Positions 62,208-64,000 of a stretch of 64,000 bases of DNA are shown in pieces (position 1 is the first letter of the stretch; every line of letters starts with the position of its first letter). Both the position numbers and the translations under genes were made by a program. Source of the DNA: Fibrobacteria bacterium (lineage in GTDB: Bacteria > Fibrobacterota > Chitinivibrionia > Chitinivibrionales > FEN-1185); NCBI GenBank assembly GCA_037447435.1, contig JBBIGR010000028.1, forward strand, positions 1-64,000, in the 5' to 3' direction. The notes under the pieces are model-generated. The model was not told where the DNA came from and did not search any database. It worked only from the letters and a program-made list of their open reading frames with translations.

Positions 62208-63029
62208 TTATTTCAATAGTTTGACATTCTTATTTGTAACAAGTGATTTCATTTGCGTAATCGCAGTTTCATTCAGCTGCATCAGGCGTTCCGGCTGTTT
62301 CATACCCTGATGAACGAGAAGCGCATTAATGCTTTCCAAATTGGAAAGAACAACCAGTTGTTCGAGTGCGGCATGGTCACGGATATTGCCATCTTTGTCC
62401 GGGCTGTTTTCGCGCCACTCTTTGGCCGTCTTTCCGAAAAGTGCGACATTCAAAAGATCTGCTTCGCTTGCATAAATAGCATTGGCCTGAGCGCGAGTAA
62501 CCGGGGCCGGTATAATTTTTTCTTTGATGGCATCAGTATGAATGCGGTAATTGATTTTAGAAAGAGTTCGTTGAAAATTCCATTCAAGATTAAGTCTTTT
62601 ATTTTCATCGGTTTTTAACCTCTGAAATTCTTTAATTATAAATAGCTTGAATTCTATCGAAATCCACGATGCAAACTCAAAAGCGATGTCTTTATGGGCA
62701 AAAGTTCCGCCATATCTTCCGGATTTAGATATTATACCAATTGCATTCGTACTTTCTATCCATTTTTTAGGAGTCATTGTAAAACTATTGAGACCAGCTT
62801 GTTTTCTAAACCCGTCGAATTCGACGGGTTTAAAATTGGAATTGTGTAGTTCCTCCCAGAAACCCAATAATTCAATAGTGTTTCTGTTTCTAAGCCAGTT
62901 TTTAACAATGTCGTCGGTATTGACCGGATCCTTATGGCGGGCAATATCGGTTAAACAGATATACTCTTCCTTTCCTGTGTCAAAATAAGAAATCTTATGT
63001 CCATTGACATCTATTTTTTGCGTTTTCAT
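62208..63029 (-). CDS. KilA-N domain DNA-binding protein
   Basis: YICLTDIA, NWLRNRNTIE.LG.WE and SGRYGGTFAHKDIAFEFASWIS motifs. Confidence 0.92.
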   Translation of the reverse strand: MKTQKIDVNGHKISYFDTGKEEYICLTDIARHKDPVNTDDIVKNWLRNRNTIELLGFWEELHNSNFKPVEFDGFRKQAGLNSFTMTPKKWIESTNAIGIISKSGRYGGTFAHKDIAFEFASWISIEFKLFIIKEFQRLKTDENKRLNLEWNFQRTLSKINYRIHTDAIKEKIIPAPVTRAQANAIYASEADLLNVALFGKTAKEWRENSPDKDGNIRDHAALEQLVVLSNLESINALLVHQGMKQPERLMQLNETAITQMKSLVTNKNVKLLK

Positions 63030-63053
63030 TAAACTACTCCTTTGCGATTTTCA

Positions 63054-63075
63054 ATTATGACAAATTTGTCATAAT
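63054..63075. promoter_or_regulatory. Perfect 22-bp palindrome ATTATGACAAATTTGTCATAAT, candidate operator
   Basis: Self-complementary; 25 bp upstream of the KilA-N start. Confidence 0.6.
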
Positions 63076-63580
63076 ATAAAGCCACCCTCTTTATTTTATC
63101 ATGAGCGATGTTATAAGTTAAAAACTGTCTGCTTTTCGTATCTGTTTTGTTTTAGGAATAAAAAATGCACTTCGGTCGGAATTTAGTTTATGGTTACTGC
63201 GTTTCTGAAAAACATGCATTATTGTTAATATCATCTCCCAATACCTGCAATGTCAAATAAATACTCTCCATAGGATAGAAAACTGTTACATAGAACTGCA
63301 TTGCCAAAACGTTCCACCTTGTTCTCTATTTAGAGGATATTTGCAGGCGGTGATTATCTCAATAATAATATGAACAACGCCTAGTTCATGCTCACTTCTT
63401 CAATTCAATCGGAAATGATACGTGCAGATTTATATCTGGAAAATCTTACGCAAGACGAGCCGCATTTACGTGAGGATATGCTGCTTGTTGAAATGCTGGC
63501 GGGGATTGCGAATCGGTCAAATTCCGGCTGATAGCGCGGTCATATGGAAGATACCTCGCAGTTGGCTGTGAGGCGATAAG

Positions 63581-63649
63581 GTGAAAAAGCTTGAAAGGCT
63601 TACAAGGAAGAAGTGCAAAGAGAAGATCGAGAGTTTTGAAAAGGGTTAG
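63581..63649 (+). other. Conserved micro-ORF or gene remnant, copy 2 (VKKLERLTRKKCKEKIESFEKG)
   Basis: GAGG 7 nt before GTG; homologous to 2237-2299. Confidence 0.5.
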
Positions 63650-63686
63650 AATCAAATCATACAAAACATACAGGCCTTCTGGCAAA

Positions 63687-64000
63687 TCAATTTGTCGTTA
63701 GTATAATCGTACCGCAAGAGCAATTGGTATCAACCTGTGAAATGGAAGTTGCTTTAAAAGTATAAGTGCCGTTGTCCACTTTCTTCCCATTCATATCCGT
63801 TCCATTCCAATAAATGTTACTGAAATTATTTAAGCTTGAAGAATGCAATTGACCGTATGTGGCAAAGTTATTAAAAGCTAAGTTAATAAAGGCACCATTA
63901 ATTAATTGCTTTTCGTAATTATAAATTTCAAAGTATTCATAGAATTGATAATATCGTGTGGATTCGGGAATGCCTATAAGACTCGATGCGTATTGAACAC
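63687..64000 (-). CDS. 3' end of a protein with FlgD-Ig/T9SS-like tail (runs off the window)
   Basis: Hand translation ...IYWNGTDMNGKKVDNGTYTFKA...TTN*; open across the last 314 bp. Confidence 0.7.
   Translation of the reverse strand, partial: VQYASSLIGIPESTRYYQFYEYFEIYNYEKQLINGAFINLAFNNFATYGQLHSSSLNNFSNIYWNGTDMNGKKVDNGTYTFKATSISQVDTNCSCGTIILTTN

Noticed and set aside
63388..63685. Short ORFs at 63388-63531 (+) and 63446-63685 (-)
   Set aside because: No recognisable family; the minus ORF is antisense to the conserved micro-ORF; probably decayed fragments.

Overview
Bacterial chromosomal window, most likely Fibrobacterota (Chitinivibrionia/Chitinispirillum-like). This is inferred from a TIGR02147-family gene and many secreted proteins with T9SS/FlgD-like C-terminal tails. 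(1) Bases 1-8.9 kb are an accessory island. It has a nucleotidyltransferase pair, orphan exported proteins, a truncated GNAT, an XRE-ImmA/IrrE gene with an antitoxin-like tail coupled to a PemK/MazF toxin, three copies of a direct repeat delimiting cassette-like units, and a three-gene KAP-NTPase operon ending in a prenyltransferase/terpene-cyclase-fold protein. (2) Bases 9-29 kb are a co-directional surface-protein cluster behind a sigma54-like promoter: a 3350-aa repetitive vWA adhesin ending in a dockerin, then a cohesin protein with a secretion tail, two more large secreted proteins and a GT4. (3) Bases 29-56 kb hold a STAND-like ATPase-TPR protein, a LacI-type sensor kinase with an RR-PP2C partner, BtrH/ACP, an isolated tssE-F-G trio, a broken vapBC, pyrR-B-C, MerR, EndoQ, FHA-HAD and clpB. 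(4) Bases 56-64 kb hold a GH99-like enzyme, lipoproteins, a TIGR02147 gene frameshifted by a 20-bp duplication, and a KilA-N gene carrying long perfect palindromes. A conserved micro-ORF occurs at both ends of the window. No rRNA, tRNA, CRISPR array, integrase or transposase was recognised. All family calls are by-eye motif recognition, not database searches.
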